The notes: generated by a model from the sequence alone, not told the origin. A DNA stretch of 64,000 bases from Ignavibacteriales bacterium CG07_land_8_20_14_0_80_59_12 (GCA_002779395.1 PEWR01000061.1:5104-69103), one strand, 5' to 3'. Positions 13,537-23,501 are shown, numbered from the stretch's first letter. Made by a program: numbers and translations.

Positions 13537-16152
13537 TCATTTGAACACGACCTGAACTTGATGCTTCACGAATTCCCCGCCCCGACCACCTGGAATCTGC
13601 ACGTGGATGACGTCGCCGTCCAGTGCCGCCCCGGTGACTGAAGCAACCCGGGAGGCGTTCCTGACAGGGAGAGAATAGGCCTCTCCGCTCACTCCCTCAA
13701 CCAGAAGCCTCAGCGTGTCCCCCTCCAGGTTCTGTGAGACGACTTTCAACGAGTAGTTCGTCGCGCCGGGACTCGTCTGGATTGCCGGTGCGACGATTTC
13801 AGGGACCGCATTCCACTCAAGCGCGGCGACCGACCGGGCAGAGACAGAGAGACGAACCGTTGGATGGACGTCCTGCGAGTTCAGCGAAAGCTCCGCATCA
13901 GCCGGCGTGCCATCGAGGACCGCCTTCACTTCTCGAACACCGAGGGGAAGTGCGGGCGAGAATTGAAGCTCCACCACGCCCGGGCCCTCCTTCCTGACCC
14001 GAAGCTCCATGCTCCCGTTCGTGCGTTTCAGAATGAGATCGACGGTCATCAGGCCGACACGAACGTTTCTCACCGCGATGCTGTCCCAGTCCGGGGAAAG
14101 GTGGGGGGCAAACAGAATCTTCCCTCTCACCGCGTCGACCTCCAATCCAAGGAGCCCCCGCACCAGCGGGACAACATATCCGGTAGTGGAGAACCCCTGG
14201 TGGTGGTACGCCTCACCAAGCTTCTGGTTAAGTGTCCCCGAAAAGACCTCGGGAACGCAGCCGATTCCGTTCGTGAACGCCTGCCGAACCACGGAACAAA
14301 GCGTCTGATATCCGGAGAGGCCGAAGTGATGCCGGAATTGCGCCGTCCCGAGGAACGTCGATAGAAAAGGCCACACGGCCCCATAGTTGTAGTTCGTGGG
14401 CTCGAAGTACGCGGATGACGGCGGGAGGGAGCGTGTCCCCCAGTCCGTGCAGAGGTCAGCGCCGCTGTAGGCTTCGAGACTCTGCAGAGTGCGGTTCTCG
14501 TCAAGCAGGCTGAACATCATGGCGGTGGCGGGCCAAGGTGTTTTCTCCTTTACCTGCTCGTTTTCCTCCGTTGCACCGTAGCTGTAGAAGCCGAGGTCGT
14601 TCATCCAGAACTTCTGTTCAAGCGCCTTCTGCGCGCGGATGAGTTGCGGCTCGGCGGCTTTCCGCATTTCGTGATCGCCGACCACATCCGCCATCTCAGT
14701 CATTTCTCTTATTGCCTGCGTCCACACCGCGCACGTGTACATATCGGCATAGATGCCGACAAGCTTCCCAAACTCCAGCGCGCCGAGCCCGGCACCTTTC
14801 AGGTCCATCAAGCCGTCGCCGTCGCTGTCCTTGGACAGGCACCATTGGTACGCCTGCTTGAGCGACCGCCAGCTCTTCTTGATGAAATCCGCGTCGCCGC
14901 TTGAGCGGAGGTAGTCCCCCATCGCGACGATGTACCACGGCGTCGTGTCGGCATGGTTGTAGCCGTAGTGGTAGTCGTTCCACCAGTCGACGAGTCCGTC
15001 GCTCTGCGACAGCTCATGCGCCATCTTTCCAACGTCCCTGTTCACAGTGCCCGGTCGCTTCCGAATCGGGAAATCTTCCTGCCGCTGCCACTTCTGCGCA
15101 AAGGCAAGGCCCTCCCGCACTGCAGCAAAGGCACCGTAGCTGTCGAACGCAAGCGTGTTGATAAACGCATCCCCACCGAAGAACCATGCAAACCCCGGAC
15201 GCGCGCTCCCACCCGAGAGTCCGAAGCCGGCGACGAGGCCCGTCCCGAGTGCCGGATTCCTCACGAGAAGATTGTCGAGCGCAATCTTCCCCCATTCGAA
15301 AGCCCTATCAATCTCCTTCACGGGAGTCGAGATCTGCACCGTTGACTCGCGGAGTGCCCGGTAATATCCTTGATTCCGCTTGTACAGTCCTTCCGCATCT
15401 GTCCACAGGTGCTTATAAATCGACTTCACGGAGTCCATCTTCATCCCTTGGCCCCCTGCAATCACGAGTGGGATGAAATGGCCTGCTGATTCGCCCGCAC
15501 TCAGGCTAATCTTGAACTGGAGCGGCGCGTCGGCGAACATATGCGCGGGAGGCGCCGCCATCGGCTCGCTCGCCGGTGACCCGCAGAGGAAGATCGCCCG
15601 CCACCTCCCCTCTGAGATAACGTATGCGTTCGCGACATCGTCCCAGTAGCTGAACTGCCCTCCGATTCCTGCGGGCCACATCGGCTCCATGACGGGAAGG
15701 AAGCTTGCCACGATGGTGAGCGGAGCAGTCGTGTGGACATCGAGGAGAAGGACCGCCCCCGGCTCGTCCAGCGGGACGATGGCGATCTCTCGCACCGTGA
15801 ACGACTCATAGGAGTAGGTAATAACCGTCGCTTCGGGCGCCACGGAGACCGTGCGGACAACGTCGCGCGCAAGGATCGGCTGCGTCGACGTGCCGAGAAG
15901 GAATGAGAGTTCGAAATTCCGCAGCGGCTTCCAGGGCCACACCCACATCTCGAACGAGCCGCTCTCGTAGCCCATGAGGCCAGCCCTGCGGCCGATCTTG
16001 TCGAAGTACTGGAGCGGTTGCGCGAGCCGCGTCACCTCGATGTCGCTTAGCTCAAGCCTGAAGGCAGGGACGAGGACTGTGTCCGGCAGCGCCTCACGCG
16101 CGAACCCGATCGTGACACTGCATATGAGAAGGAGAATCCAACGGCGCATCAT
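13537..16152 (-). CDS. Secreted glycoside hydrolase, six-hairpin (alpha/alpha)6 clan GH-G-like (amylo-alpha-1,6-glucosidase/GH63-type catalytic domain) with extra beta domains
   Basis: The start is placed at ATGATG 16152 (MMRRWILLLICSVTIGFA signal peptide). The track ORF extends to 16365. Motifs read directly: PGFAWFFGGDAFINTL (the WF-GRD-type motif) and WWNDYHYGYNHADTTPWYIVAMGDYL. Length 871 aa. Confidence 0.7.
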   Translation of the reverse strand: MMRRWILLLICSVTIGFAREALPDTVLVPAFRLELSDIEVTRLAQPLQYFDKIGRRAGLMGYESGSFEMWVWPWKPLRNFELSFLLGTSTQPILARDVVRTVSVAPEATVITYSYESFTVREIAIVPLDEPGAVLLLDVHTTAPLTIVASFLPVMEPMWPAGIGGQFSYWDDVANAYVISEGRWRAIFLCGSPASEPMAAPPAHMFADAPLQFKISLSAGESAGHFIPLVIAGGQGMKMDSVKSIYKHLWTDAEGLYKRNQGYYRALRESTVQISTPVKEIDRAFEWGKIALDNLLVRNPALGTGLVAGFGLSGGSARPGFAWFFGGDAFINTLAFDSYGAFAAVREGLAFAQKWQRQEDFPIRKRPGTVNRDVGKMAHELSQSDGLVDWWNDYHYGYNHADTTPWYIVAMGDYLRSSGDADFIKKSWRSLKQAYQWCLSKDSDGDGLMDLKGAGLGALEFGKLVGIYADMYTCAVWTQAIREMTEMADVVGDHEMRKAAEPQLIRAQKALEQKFWMNDLGFYSYGATEENEQVKEKTPWPATAMMFSLLDENRTLQSLEAYSGADLCTDWGTRSLPPSSAYFEPTNYNYGAVWPFLSTFLGTAQFRHHFGLSGYQTLCSVVRQAFTNGIGCVPEVFSGTLNQKLGEAYHHQGFSTTGYVVPLVRGLLGLEVDAVRGKILFAPHLSPDWDSIAVRNVRVGLMTVDLILKRTNGSMELRVRKEGPGVVELQFSPALPLGVREVKAVLDGTPADAELSLNSQDVHPTVRLSVSARSVAALEWNAVPEIVAPAIQTSPGATNYSLKVVSQNLEGDTLRLLVEGVSGEAYSLPVRNASRVASVTGAALDGDVIHVQIPGGRGGEFVKHQVQVVFK

Positions 16153-16377
16153 TCTTCGTTTTCCTTTCGGCCTATGAGTATCATCCGTGCTGCCGGCGGC
16201 TGCACATTTTCCCTCAACCCCGGGAGTCACTGCAGGTTGCGCCGTGGCGGGCCGAAGCAATCGGGTCGCGAACTGACGCGGAGCGGCACCATTGGAGAGG
16301 TCCTCACGCTGGGAGCCCCTCACATCCTCCGCCCGCAGGCGGGCCGCGTGACTCGCAATGACCAACTTTGACGGGAA

Positions 16378-17493
16378 CTACTTCTTTTCCAGGTCAAGCG
16401 TGTCGAGAACCTTGCCGTGGTCGTTGTAGACGACAAGGTGGAGCGTGGTCGGGGTTACGTCCCCGATTGCGTAACAGTAGTCTGCCGCATACTTCAAGAC
16501 GTTCGGTCCGTTCTCGGGGGTGTAGATCGGCGCGCCCGCCGTCCCGATCACAAAGTGATGAATCTTGTTCACCAGACTGTGCTGAAAGAAATGCGAGTGC
16601 CCCGAGAGAACGATATCGACGTGGTACTTCTCGAATAGGTTCTCGGACATCGCCTCCATCTCGACGTCGTTGCCATGTCCCCCCTCGCAGTATGCGGGCT
16701 TGTGGGAGATCACGATGTTCCATTTGTTCGTGCTCTCCTTCAGGTCCCTCTCGGCAAACCGGTACTGGGGGCTCCCCATTGTGGAGGTGATCTCGTTGTT
16801 CACCACAAGCGCATGGACATCGCCGTAGTCGAAAGAATAGTACTCCTGTTTTCCCGATGAAGACACAGGCGCCTGCGTGAACGCCTTTGTGTTCGTCGAC
16901 CAGCGTTCATGGTTCCCCGTGGCGTTGAAGAACGGGACGTGGGAAGCGAGTTCAAGCTCACGGGGACGGAAGAATTCGTCCTTGAAAGAGCGGTACGAAC
17001 TGCTGCTGCAAAGGTCTCCACCGTAGAGAGAGACCGCGGGGTTTGCATCGCTGATCCGCGCGGCGATCATGTCATGGATCCCCGTTCCTCCGCGGACATC
17101 CGCGAGCCATGCGAACCGGAAGCTGGTGCCGGGTTCGACAGCCGTTCTGAATGAGGCGCCTGCGGAAGTGCTTCCCCCCTGCTCCGCCCGGTAGCAGTAC
17201 AGTGTGTTCGGCTTGAGCCCTGAGAGGAGCACCTTGTGAACATACGTAGATGGAGAGGCTCCGGTCTGGGCGATCGACCCGGCGGTCGTGCTGTGCCCGT
17301 AGTCACCTGTTGTGCCGTACTCGACTCTAACAGCTTCCTTCGAGTCACATTCCGCAAGCACGTATACACTCGTCTTCGTGACCGCCTGCAGGTAAGGCGT
17401 CATGAGAATCCTCGGGTATGCGAGGACCGGCAGGAGGAGAAGAATTGCAAGCAGCGCGAGACGTCGGCATGATCGGTTCATCTGTTCCCTCAT
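16378..17493 (-). CDS. Secreted metallophosphoesterase (purple-acid-phosphatase-like calcineurin fold)
   Basis: Signal peptide. Motifs GDLCSS..., GNHE and GHSHFFQ are present. The N-terminal region is a PAP-like beta domain. Confidence 0.85.
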   Translation of the reverse strand: MREQMNRSCRRLALLAILLLLPVLAYPRILMTPYLQAVTKTSVYVLAECDSKEAVRVEYGTTGDYGHSTTAGSIAQTGASPSTYVHKVLLSGLKPNTLYCYRAEQGGSTSAGASFRTAVEPGTSFRFAWLADVRGGTGIHDMIAARISDANPAVSLYGGDLCSSSSYRSFKDEFFRPRELELASHVPFFNATGNHERWSTNTKAFTQAPVSSSGKQEYYSFDYGDVHALVVNNEITSTMGSPQYRFAERDLKESTNKWNIVISHKPAYCEGGHGNDVEMEAMSENLFEKYHVDIVLSGHSHFFQHSLVNKIHHFVIGTAGAPIYTPENGPNVLKYAADYCYAIGDVTPTTLHLVVYNDHGKVLDTLDLEKK

Positions 17494-17697
17494 CTTGTTT
17501 TCGATTGGACTCGTTCCTTCGTCTGCTGTTCGGCGTCGCTCTCCTGTAGTTTACTGATGTGCAGGGACATCTTCAAGACCCACCCTGCTGACGACGCGGC
17601 GCAGTGTGTGCTGGACCACTTCACTCCCGGCGGGCCGCACTTTGCGGCTCACACAGTGCAGCAGGCACGGAACGACAGCCGCGTGTTTCCGATTTGA

Positions 17698-17726
17698 TTG
17701 TTTTTTTTCTTCGCATTTGCTATACT
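17698..17726 (+). promoter_or_regulatory. Sigma70-type promoter TTGTTT-N17-TATACT for smpB, probably giving a leaderless mRNA
   Basis: The -10 box ends 10 nt before the smpB ATG at 17737. There is no Shine-Dalgarno sequence. Confidence 0.4.
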
Positions 17727-17736
17727 TTTCATCGCG

Positions 17737-18204
17737 ATGAAGGAAGTGGAACGGGGGATCAACGAACGGGTTGTGGCGACGAACCGGAAGGCGCGCCACG
17801 AGTTCTTCATCGTAGAGACATACGAAGCGGGCATCTCTCTCGTTGGGACAGAGGTGAAGTCCCTTCGCCAAGGGAAGATGAACCTGCAGGAGAGCTATGC
17901 TGTCATCAGGGACGGCCAGCTGGTCCTCGAGGGAGCGCACATCAGCCCCTACGAGCGGGGTGGTTATGTCAACCATGATCCCGACCGGCCGCGCCGCCTC
18001 CTCCTCCACCGCAAGGAGATACGAAAGCTGATCGGGAAGACGGCCGTGAAAGGGATGACACTCATTCCTCTGCGGGTCTACTTCAAAGGGCAGCATGCGA
18101 AGGTTGAGCTTGCTCTCGCCCGCGGAAAGCACGAATACGACAAGCGCCAGGCCATCGCTCAGCGAGAGATGAAACGCGAAATGGAGCGGCAACACGACGA
18201 CTGA
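17737..18204 (+). CDS. smpB: SsrA-binding protein SmpB
   Basis: The start is placed at the internal ATG (MKEVERGINERVVATNRKARHEFFIVETYEAGISLVGTEVKSLR...). The track ORF starts at 17698. Canonical SmpB throughout, 155 aa. Confidence 0.9.
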   Translation: MKEVERGINERVVATNRKARHEFFIVETYEAGISLVGTEVKSLRQGKMNLQESYAVIRDGQLVLEGAHISPYERGGYVNHDPDRPRRLLLHRKEIRKLIGKTAVKGMTLIPLRVYFKGQHAKVELALARGKHEYDKRQAIAQREMKREMERQHDD

Positions 18205-18261
18205 ATTGGTCATATGGCTTCACGACCTCTGACATCACTATCCAGGAGATAACTGATAGAG

Positions 18262-19482
18262 TTGTTCCCCCCGGTCAACGAACAAATCGACGTCATTCGG
18301 CGCGGATGCGCCGAGATCATTCCCGAAGAAGACCTCTCTCGGAAACTTGAACTTTCCTTCAAGAAGAATCAGCCGCTGACCGTCAAACTGGGATGCGACC
18401 CCAGCCGCCCGGACCTCCACCTCGGCCATTCTGTTGTCCTCCGTAAGCTACGGCAGTTCCAAGACCTGGGGCACACGGCCGTTCTCATTGTCGGGGACTT
18501 CACCGGCATGATCGGGGATCCCTCAGGCCAGAACAAGACCCGGCCTTCCCTTTCCCTCGAAGAAGCGCGGCTCAACGGAGAGAGCTACCTTGCGCAGGCA
18601 CGGCTGGTCCTTTCCGACGAGCGGCTTCGGATGGTCTACAACTCGGAGTGGCTGGCCAGGATGAGCTTCGAGGACGTCATCCGCCTCGCGAGTAAGTACA
18701 CAATTGCACGCATCCTCGAGAGGGACGACTTCACCAAGCGTCTGAGGGCGAGCGAGCCGATCAGCATCCATGAGCTCCTCTACCCTCTCGCGCAGGCGAT
18801 GGATTCGGTCGCCATCCGCGCCGACATTGAGCTCGGCGGCACCGATCAGAAATTCAACCTCCTCGTCGGCCGGGAGATACAGCGTGAATACGGAATCGAC
18901 CCGCAGGTAATTGTCACGACGCCGATCCTCCGGGGAACGGATGGGATCGAGAAGATGAGCAAGTCACTCGACAACTACATCGCCTTGAACGATCCACCGG
19001 GAGAAATGTACGGGAAGACTCTGTCCATCCCCGACTCGCTCATCTACGACTACTTCCTCCTCACGACGCAGGCGACGGCCGGTGAGCTTGCCGCGATCAA
19101 GGAGCAGCTCGACTCCCATTCCGTAAACCCACGGAATCTTAAGCGCCAGCTCGCCCGCGAGATTGTTGCCCTCTACCACGGCCACGACGCCGTCCGCGCG
19201 GCCGAAGAGGCATTCGATCGGGTCTTCGTGCAGAAGGGGGTCCCCGACGACATCCCCACCTTCGTGCTCAAGGCGGAGCGTAGCGCCGCAACAATCAGTC
19301 AGTTCCTCGCGCTTACCGGGCTGACCTCCTCCGGAAACGAGGCGCGGCGGCTTATCCTCCAGGGAGGCGTCACTATCGACGGCGAGAAGGTGAGCGACCC
19401 TCTCGCTCCACTTCCCCCCGACAGAGAGTTCATCATCAAGGTCGGCAAACGGCGATTCATCAAAGTCGTACGGCCCGAGTGA
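18262..19482 (+). CDS. tyrS: Tyrosyl-tRNA synthetase
   Basis: HLGH (DLHLGH) and KMSKS motifs plus a C-terminal S4-like domain. The TTG start has a stop 12 nt upstream and no in-frame ATG or GTG. Confidence 0.9.
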   Translation: MFPPVNEQIDVIRRGCAEIIPEEDLSRKLELSFKKNQPLTVKLGCDPSRPDLHLGHSVVLRKLRQFQDLGHTAVLIVGDFTGMIGDPSGQNKTRPSLSLEEARLNGESYLAQARLVLSDERLRMVYNSEWLARMSFEDVIRLASKYTIARILERDDFTKRLRASEPISIHELLYPLAQAMDSVAIRADIELGGTDQKFNLLVGREIQREYGIDPQVIVTTPILRGTDGIEKMSKSLDNYIALNDPPGEMYGKTLSIPDSLIYDYFLLTTQATAGELAAIKEQLDSHSVNPRNLKRQLAREIVALYHGHDAVRAAEEAFDRVFVQKGVPDDIPTFVLKAERSAATISQFLALTGLTSSGNEARRLILQGGVTIDGEKVSDPLAPLPPDREFIIKVGKRRFIKVVRPE

Positions 19483-19488
19483 CCACCA

Positions 19489-20052
19489 ATGGAAGGAGAC
19501 ACTGAATTGTACGTTCCGTCGAAAATCTTTTTCACCAAAGGAGTCGGCCGCCACAAGGACTATCTTCAATCCTTCGAGCTTGCCCTCCGCGACGCGAAGA
19601 TCGAGAAGTGCAACATCGTGGCGGTTTCCAGTATTCTACCGCCGCGGTGCAAGCGGATCTCAACGGACGAAGGGTTAAAGCTCCTTCAGCCGGGACAGAT
19701 CACCTTCTGCGTCCTCGCCCGGAATGCAACGTGCGAGCCGAACCGTCTCATCGCCGCCTCGATCGGCGTGGCAACTCCGGCGGAGGTGGAGATGTACGGG
19801 TATCTCTCTGAGCACCATCCGTTCGGCGAAACTGACGAGAAAGCGGGGGAGTACGCTGAGGACCTTGCTGCGACGATGCTTGCGACGACGCTCGGGCTGG
19901 AGTTCGACCCGAATACGGCGTGGGATGAGCGTGAGAAGCTCTACAAGATGAGCGGCAAGATCGTGCGGACGTTCAACGTGACGCAGTCGGCGCAGGGGGA
20001 TAAGAACGGCCTCTGGACGACGGTGGTCTCGACCGCTGTCCTCCTACCGTGA
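19489..20052 (+). CDS. pdaD: Pyruvoyl-dependent arginine decarboxylase (PdaD family)
   Basis: [11 protein letters not shown]...VAVSSILPP self-cleavage Ser-Ser region; 187 aa. Confidence 0.8.
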   Translation: MEGDTELYVPSKIFFTKGVGRHKDYLQSFELALRDAKIEKCNIVAVSSILPPRCKRISTDEGLKLLQPGQITFCVLARNATCEPNRLIAASIGVATPAEVEMYGYLSEHHPFGETDEKAGEYAEDLAATMLATTLGLEFDPNTAWDEREKLYKMSGKIVRTFNVTQSAQGDKNGLWTTVVSTAVLLP

Positions 20053-20086
20053 CCTTCTTCAACGGATTCCCTTCCACACACGGAAT

Positions 20087-20112
20087 GAACGGGGGAGGCG
20101 CCTCCCCCGTTC
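20087..20112. terminator. 26-nt perfect palindrome between convergent genes; candidate bidirectional terminator or protein-binding site
   Basis: gaacgggggaggc|gcctcccccgttc. There is no flanking T-tract. Confidence 0.35.
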
Positions 20113-20132
20113 CTCCCCTCTCTCCTCTCACT

Positions 20133-20879
20133 TCAGAAGCTCACGGTGCAAGCCACAAGCGCTCCCCCGGAGAGAGGAATCACAAACACACTTAACTTCT
20201 CGGTCCCTGACCCGCCGGCGCGGCTCTCCCCTGCAGGCAGTACCTGCGACTCCCGAAAAACGGAGCGGTCGAGTCTCTCAAATTCCCCCTCAAGCAGATG
20301 CATCGCGTACCCCGATGCGACACCAACCGCCACCCCCCCGAGAACATCGCCCGGATAGTGCAGCCCGAGATAGACTCGCCCGTACGCCACGAGTACAGCC
20401 CAGGCATAGGACGCGGCAATGACAGCAGGCCTCGGGTACCGGAGCGAGAGAGCAGTCGCCGCGGCAAACGCCACCGCCGTGTGTCCGGAGGGGAACGAAT
20501 AGGCGTCGGCGGACTCAAGATGCTGCACGTGAACGTCAGACAACCTCACGTACGGTCGATCGCGCCTGATCAGTTCCTTCACAGCGAGGGTGACAAGAAG
20601 CGCCATGGCAGACGAGGCCCCGATGGTGTATCCGGTCACCCGCGCCGGCCGGTCGTCTGCGCCGAGCCCGTAGACGAAGAAACCCGCCGGCAATGCAATG
20701 ACGGCGGGCTTCACGGCGGCGGCGTTGAACCCGATGACGCGGTCGAGGAAGGGACTCTGAGAGTCATTGATTGAACGAAAAAGACGGACGTCTATCGACT
20801 CGTCCGGCTGAGCGTGCGAGACAGCCGGGATGAGGAAGAGGAGCAATCCGACGAGAGAAGCACGCGGGAGGGATCTCAT
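20133..20879 (-). CDS. PAP2-family (phosphatidic acid phosphatase type 2) membrane phosphatase
   Basis: KELIRRDRP, SFPSGHT and GLHYPGDV motifs with a signal peptide. Confidence 0.85.
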   Translation of the reverse strand: MRSLPRASLVGLLLFLIPAVSHAQPDESIDVRLFRSINDSQSPFLDRVIGFNAAAVKPAVIALPAGFFVYGLGADDRPARVTGYTIGASSAMALLVTLAVKELIRRDRPYVRLSDVHVQHLESADAYSFPSGHTAVAFAAATALSLRYPRPAVIAASYAWAVLVAYGRVYLGLHYPGDVLGGVAVGVASGYAMHLLEGEFERLDRSVFRESQVLPAGESRAGGSGTEKLSVFVIPLSGGALVACTVSF

Positions 20880-21622
20880 AGCGGGAACTTCAAGAGGTAT
20901 TCCTCATAGGTGCGGGCAACCCGTTCGACGTAGTCCGCGGTGCCGTCGCCGTTCTTGAAGAAGCCGTTCCTTGGCCGCGGGGTTCCCCAAACGTCCTGGT
21001 GAAGTGTTGAGAACTGCGGCGCCAGGAGCGGCAGCGATCCTCTCACAGACTCCCAGTTGGCCGGATCCTCACCGAGGTACCGCACTACATCCTGGGCGTC
21101 AAGGACACGGCCCGGTCCGGCATTGTAGGCGGCGATCATGAGCTTGGCCCGGTCCATCCCGACGGCTCCATCGAAGAGCAGCGAAAGCCGCCACAGGTAG
21201 TAGATACCGGCAGCGATGTTGTCGCGCGGCGCCTCTACCGAGTCGAGGCCCAGCGTGGTCGCGATCGACTTCCCCGTCGTCGGCATGAGCTGCATGAGCC
21301 CGAACGCGCCGCGGTTGCTTCGGGCACCAGTCTGGAAACGCGATTCCCCGACGATGACCGAGAGGACAAGCCTCCAGTCGAGCGCGTACCGCTTCGAGTA
21401 CTTTCGAACGATCTCCACGATCTGTTCGGGCGGCATGCTTTCCCGCCGGACACCTTCATCCACCGTCCGGGGTGACACTGCGTCGGAACGCACGACCGCC
21501 TGCTGGCCGCGCGGCTCCCCCGGTGCGTCCAACAGGAGCGTGGACTGCCGAGGCATGTCCGAGCAGCTTGCAACAAGGAGCGCTCCGAAGCAGAGTATCT
21601 TCGCGGCGGAAATCCTGCTCAA
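20876..21622 (-). CDS. Lytic transglycosylase (SLT domain) lipoprotein
   Basis: LLVASCS lipobox. ESRFQ..., GAFGLMQLMPTT and AYNAGPGRV motifs are present. Confidence 0.85.
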   Translation of the reverse strand: MSRISAAKILCFGALLVASCSDMPRQSTLLLDAPGEPRGQQAVVRSDAVSPRTVDEGVRRESMPPEQIVEIVRKYSKRYALDWRLVLSVIVGESRFQTGARSNRGAFGLMQLMPTTGKSIATTLGLDSVEAPRDNIAAGIYYLWRLSLLFDGAVGMDRAKLMIAAYNAGPGRVLDAQDVVRYLGEDPANWESVRGSLPLLAPQFSTLHQDVWGTPRPRNGFFKNGDGTADYVERVARTYEEYLLKFPL

Positions 21623-21831
21623 TTCAAGCCCAGCCCGATGATGAGACCAATCATGACGAAGAGTCCGCCGACTGCGTTGCCGAACGCGAGGTTCGCCTTC
21701 TCAAGTTCCCTCGCAAACGAGAAGTGCGTCACACGGCCGAACAGCTTGCACGACGCAGTGGCAGAGAGAATTCCGATGAGGACTCCGCCAATGGCATACG
21801 CGAAACTCAGAACCGCTATCCTTGCAGGCAT
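21619..21831 (-). CDS. Small 2-TM membrane protein (70 aa), translationally coupled (ATGA overlap) to the downstream transglycosylase gene
   Basis: Hydrophobic helix - KLFGRVTHFSFARELEKANLAFGN - hydrophobic helix. Confidence 0.4.
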   Translation of the reverse strand: MPARIAVLSFAYAIGGVLIGILSATASCKLFGRVTHFSFARELEKANLAFGNAVGGLFVMIGLIIGLGLN

Positions 21832-21867
21832 TCAGTTCGATCACCGCTTCGACATCCAACCGAGGGC

Positions 21868-22329
21868 TCACGGCCCCCACTCAAGAACCTCGATCCGCAC
21901 ACGCACAGTCCCGCTGGCGATAAGACCGATCTGCTTCGCCGCGGCGAGTGAAAGATCGATGATCCGCTCTTCCTTGAACGGCCCGCGGTCGTTAATCCTG
22001 ACCGTGACATCGCGACCGTTCTCAAGGTTCGTTACGCGGACCCGCGTGCCGAACGGCCACTCCCTGTGAGCCGCCGTCAACGCGTTCATGTCGTACACCT
22101 CGCCGCTCGACGTCTTCCGGCCGTGGTACTGGTCAGCGTAGTACGACGCGATCCCTTCATACAACGTAATAGCACGGCCCGACGGACTCGACGCTTTCCC
22201 GTCCGCCCGCCGAACGGCGGGCGCCGATTCCTGCGACGTGAACCGCGGCGCAACCGCACATCCACACAACATCATCCCCGCAAGCATCCCACACGGGAGG
22301 AGAAGCCCGTACGAAAGCCGTTGTCTCAC
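21868..22329 (-). CDS. RlpA-like lipoprotein (double-psi beta-barrel)
   Basis: GIASYYADQYHGRKTSSGEVYDMNALTAAHREWPFGTRVRVTNLENGRDVTVRINDRGPF. Confidence 0.85.
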   Translation of the reverse strand: MRQRLSYGLLLPCGMLAGMMLCGCAVAPRFTSQESAPAVRRADGKASSPSGRAITLYEGIASYYADQYHGRKTSSGEVYDMNALTAAHREWPFGTRVRVTNLENGRDVTVRINDRGPFKEERIIDLSLAAAKQIGLIASGTVRVRIEVLEWGP

Positions 22330-23414
22330 AGATAGTCTGAGAGTTGTTTCCGCCGTATGGTGTCGACGACTTCCTTGACGTCCTGTGAATGCATCCGCTT
22401 ACAGACAAGCACTGCGTCGGGCGTTTCGATCACGATGACATCCGAGACGCCCACCGTTGCGACAAGCCGGCCGCTCGAATGAATCAGCGAGCGTGATGTC
22501 CCCTTCGCGATCACGAGCCCGTCGACCGCATTTCCATCTTCATCCTTCGGCAGGAGCCGATACACCTCGTCCCAGCTTCCGATGTCGTTCCAGTTAAACG
22601 CCGCCTTGATCACAAAGACCCGGTCCGCTTTCTCCATTACTCCGTAGTCGATCGACACGGAGCGGATGAGGCCATACACAGTATCGACCGTCTCCTCGTA
22701 GCCGTGAGTCCCGATGGATGGCTCAACAGTCGCGAGCCCCTGCGCGAGGTCGGGGAGATGCCGGTTGATCTGTTCAAGGATCACATCGGCGCGCCACACG
22801 AACATCCCGGAATTCCAAAGGAAATCGCCGCTCTCGAGAAACTTCTGGGCCGTTGCCAGGTTCGGCTTCTCTGCGAACGTCTTGACACGGTAGATATCTT
22901 TGCCCACAGGACGATTCCCGACCTCCCCTTCATCAAGAATCTGAATGTACCCGTAGCCCGTCTCCGGGCGAGTCGGGTGAATGCCGATCGTGACGAGCGC
23001 GGCTGACTCGTCGGCCACCCTCGCCGCCGTCTCAATGGCGCGATGGAACAAAGGTTCGTCTTCGATCCTGTGGTCGGCCGGAAGGACAACCATGACGCCG
23101 GCGGGGTTCAGGCGTTTCACATGGAGCGCCGCGAGCCCGATGCAGGGGGCGGTATTTCGACCCACGGGCTCAACAAGGAAGTTCGCTCGAGGGATCTGCG
23201 GCAGTTGCGCAAGGACACTCTCGAGCTGGGATTCGTTCGTCACGACGAATGTCCTCTCCGGCGGCACCAGCGAGCCGATGCGGTCGAACGTCGATTGAAG
23301 AAGCGACTCCTTGCCGATGATCTTCAGGAGCTGCTTTGGCATGCGCTCCCGGCTCGTCGGCCAGAAACGCGCCCCCACCCCGCCGGCCATGATAACCGCA
23401 TAGAGCTCAGGCAT
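22326..23414 (-). CDS. manC: Mannose-1-phosphate guanylyltransferase (GDP-mannose pyrophosphorylase)
   Basis: AVIMAGGVGARFWP...PKQL N-terminal nucleotidyltransferase motif; 362 aa. Confidence 0.9.
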   Translation of the reverse strand: MPELYAVIMAGGVGARFWPTSRERMPKQLLKIIGKESLLQSTFDRIGSLVPPERTFVVTNESQLESVLAQLPQIPRANFLVEPVGRNTAPCIGLAALHVKRLNPAGVMVVLPADHRIEDEPLFHRAIETAARVADESAALVTIGIHPTRPETGYGYIQILDEGEVGNRPVGKDIYRVKTFAEKPNLATAQKFLESGDFLWNSGMFVWRADVILEQINRHLPDLAQGLATVEPSIGTHGYEETVDTVYGLIRSVSIDYGVMEKADRVFVIKAAFNWNDIGSWDEVYRLLPKDEDGNAVDGLVIAKGTSRSLIHSSGRLVATVGVSDVIVIETPDAVLVCKRMHSQDVKEVVDTIRRKQLSDYL

Positions 23415-23501
23415 GCAGATTCCCTCTGATAGTGTTTTCAGCTGAAACGATTGAGTTCCCCCGGGTCCCGTCGATGATCACGACGGAAAGGGTCCCGCGA
23501 T

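Noticed and set aside
17494-17736. Searched for tmRNA (ssrA) next to smpB, and for RNase P, SRP and 6S RNAs in the larger intergenic regions (5836-6212, 12042-12501, 45602-46029)
   Set aside because: There are no tRNA-like 3' ends (GGTTCGA...CCA) on the appropriate strand and no conserved SRP GGAAGCAGC or RNase P AAGTCCGGGCTC cores. Only local hairpins were seen. A covariance-model scan would be needed to exclude them definitively.
17551-18213. 220-aa minus-strand ORF
   Set aside because: Antisense to smpB and its promoter region.
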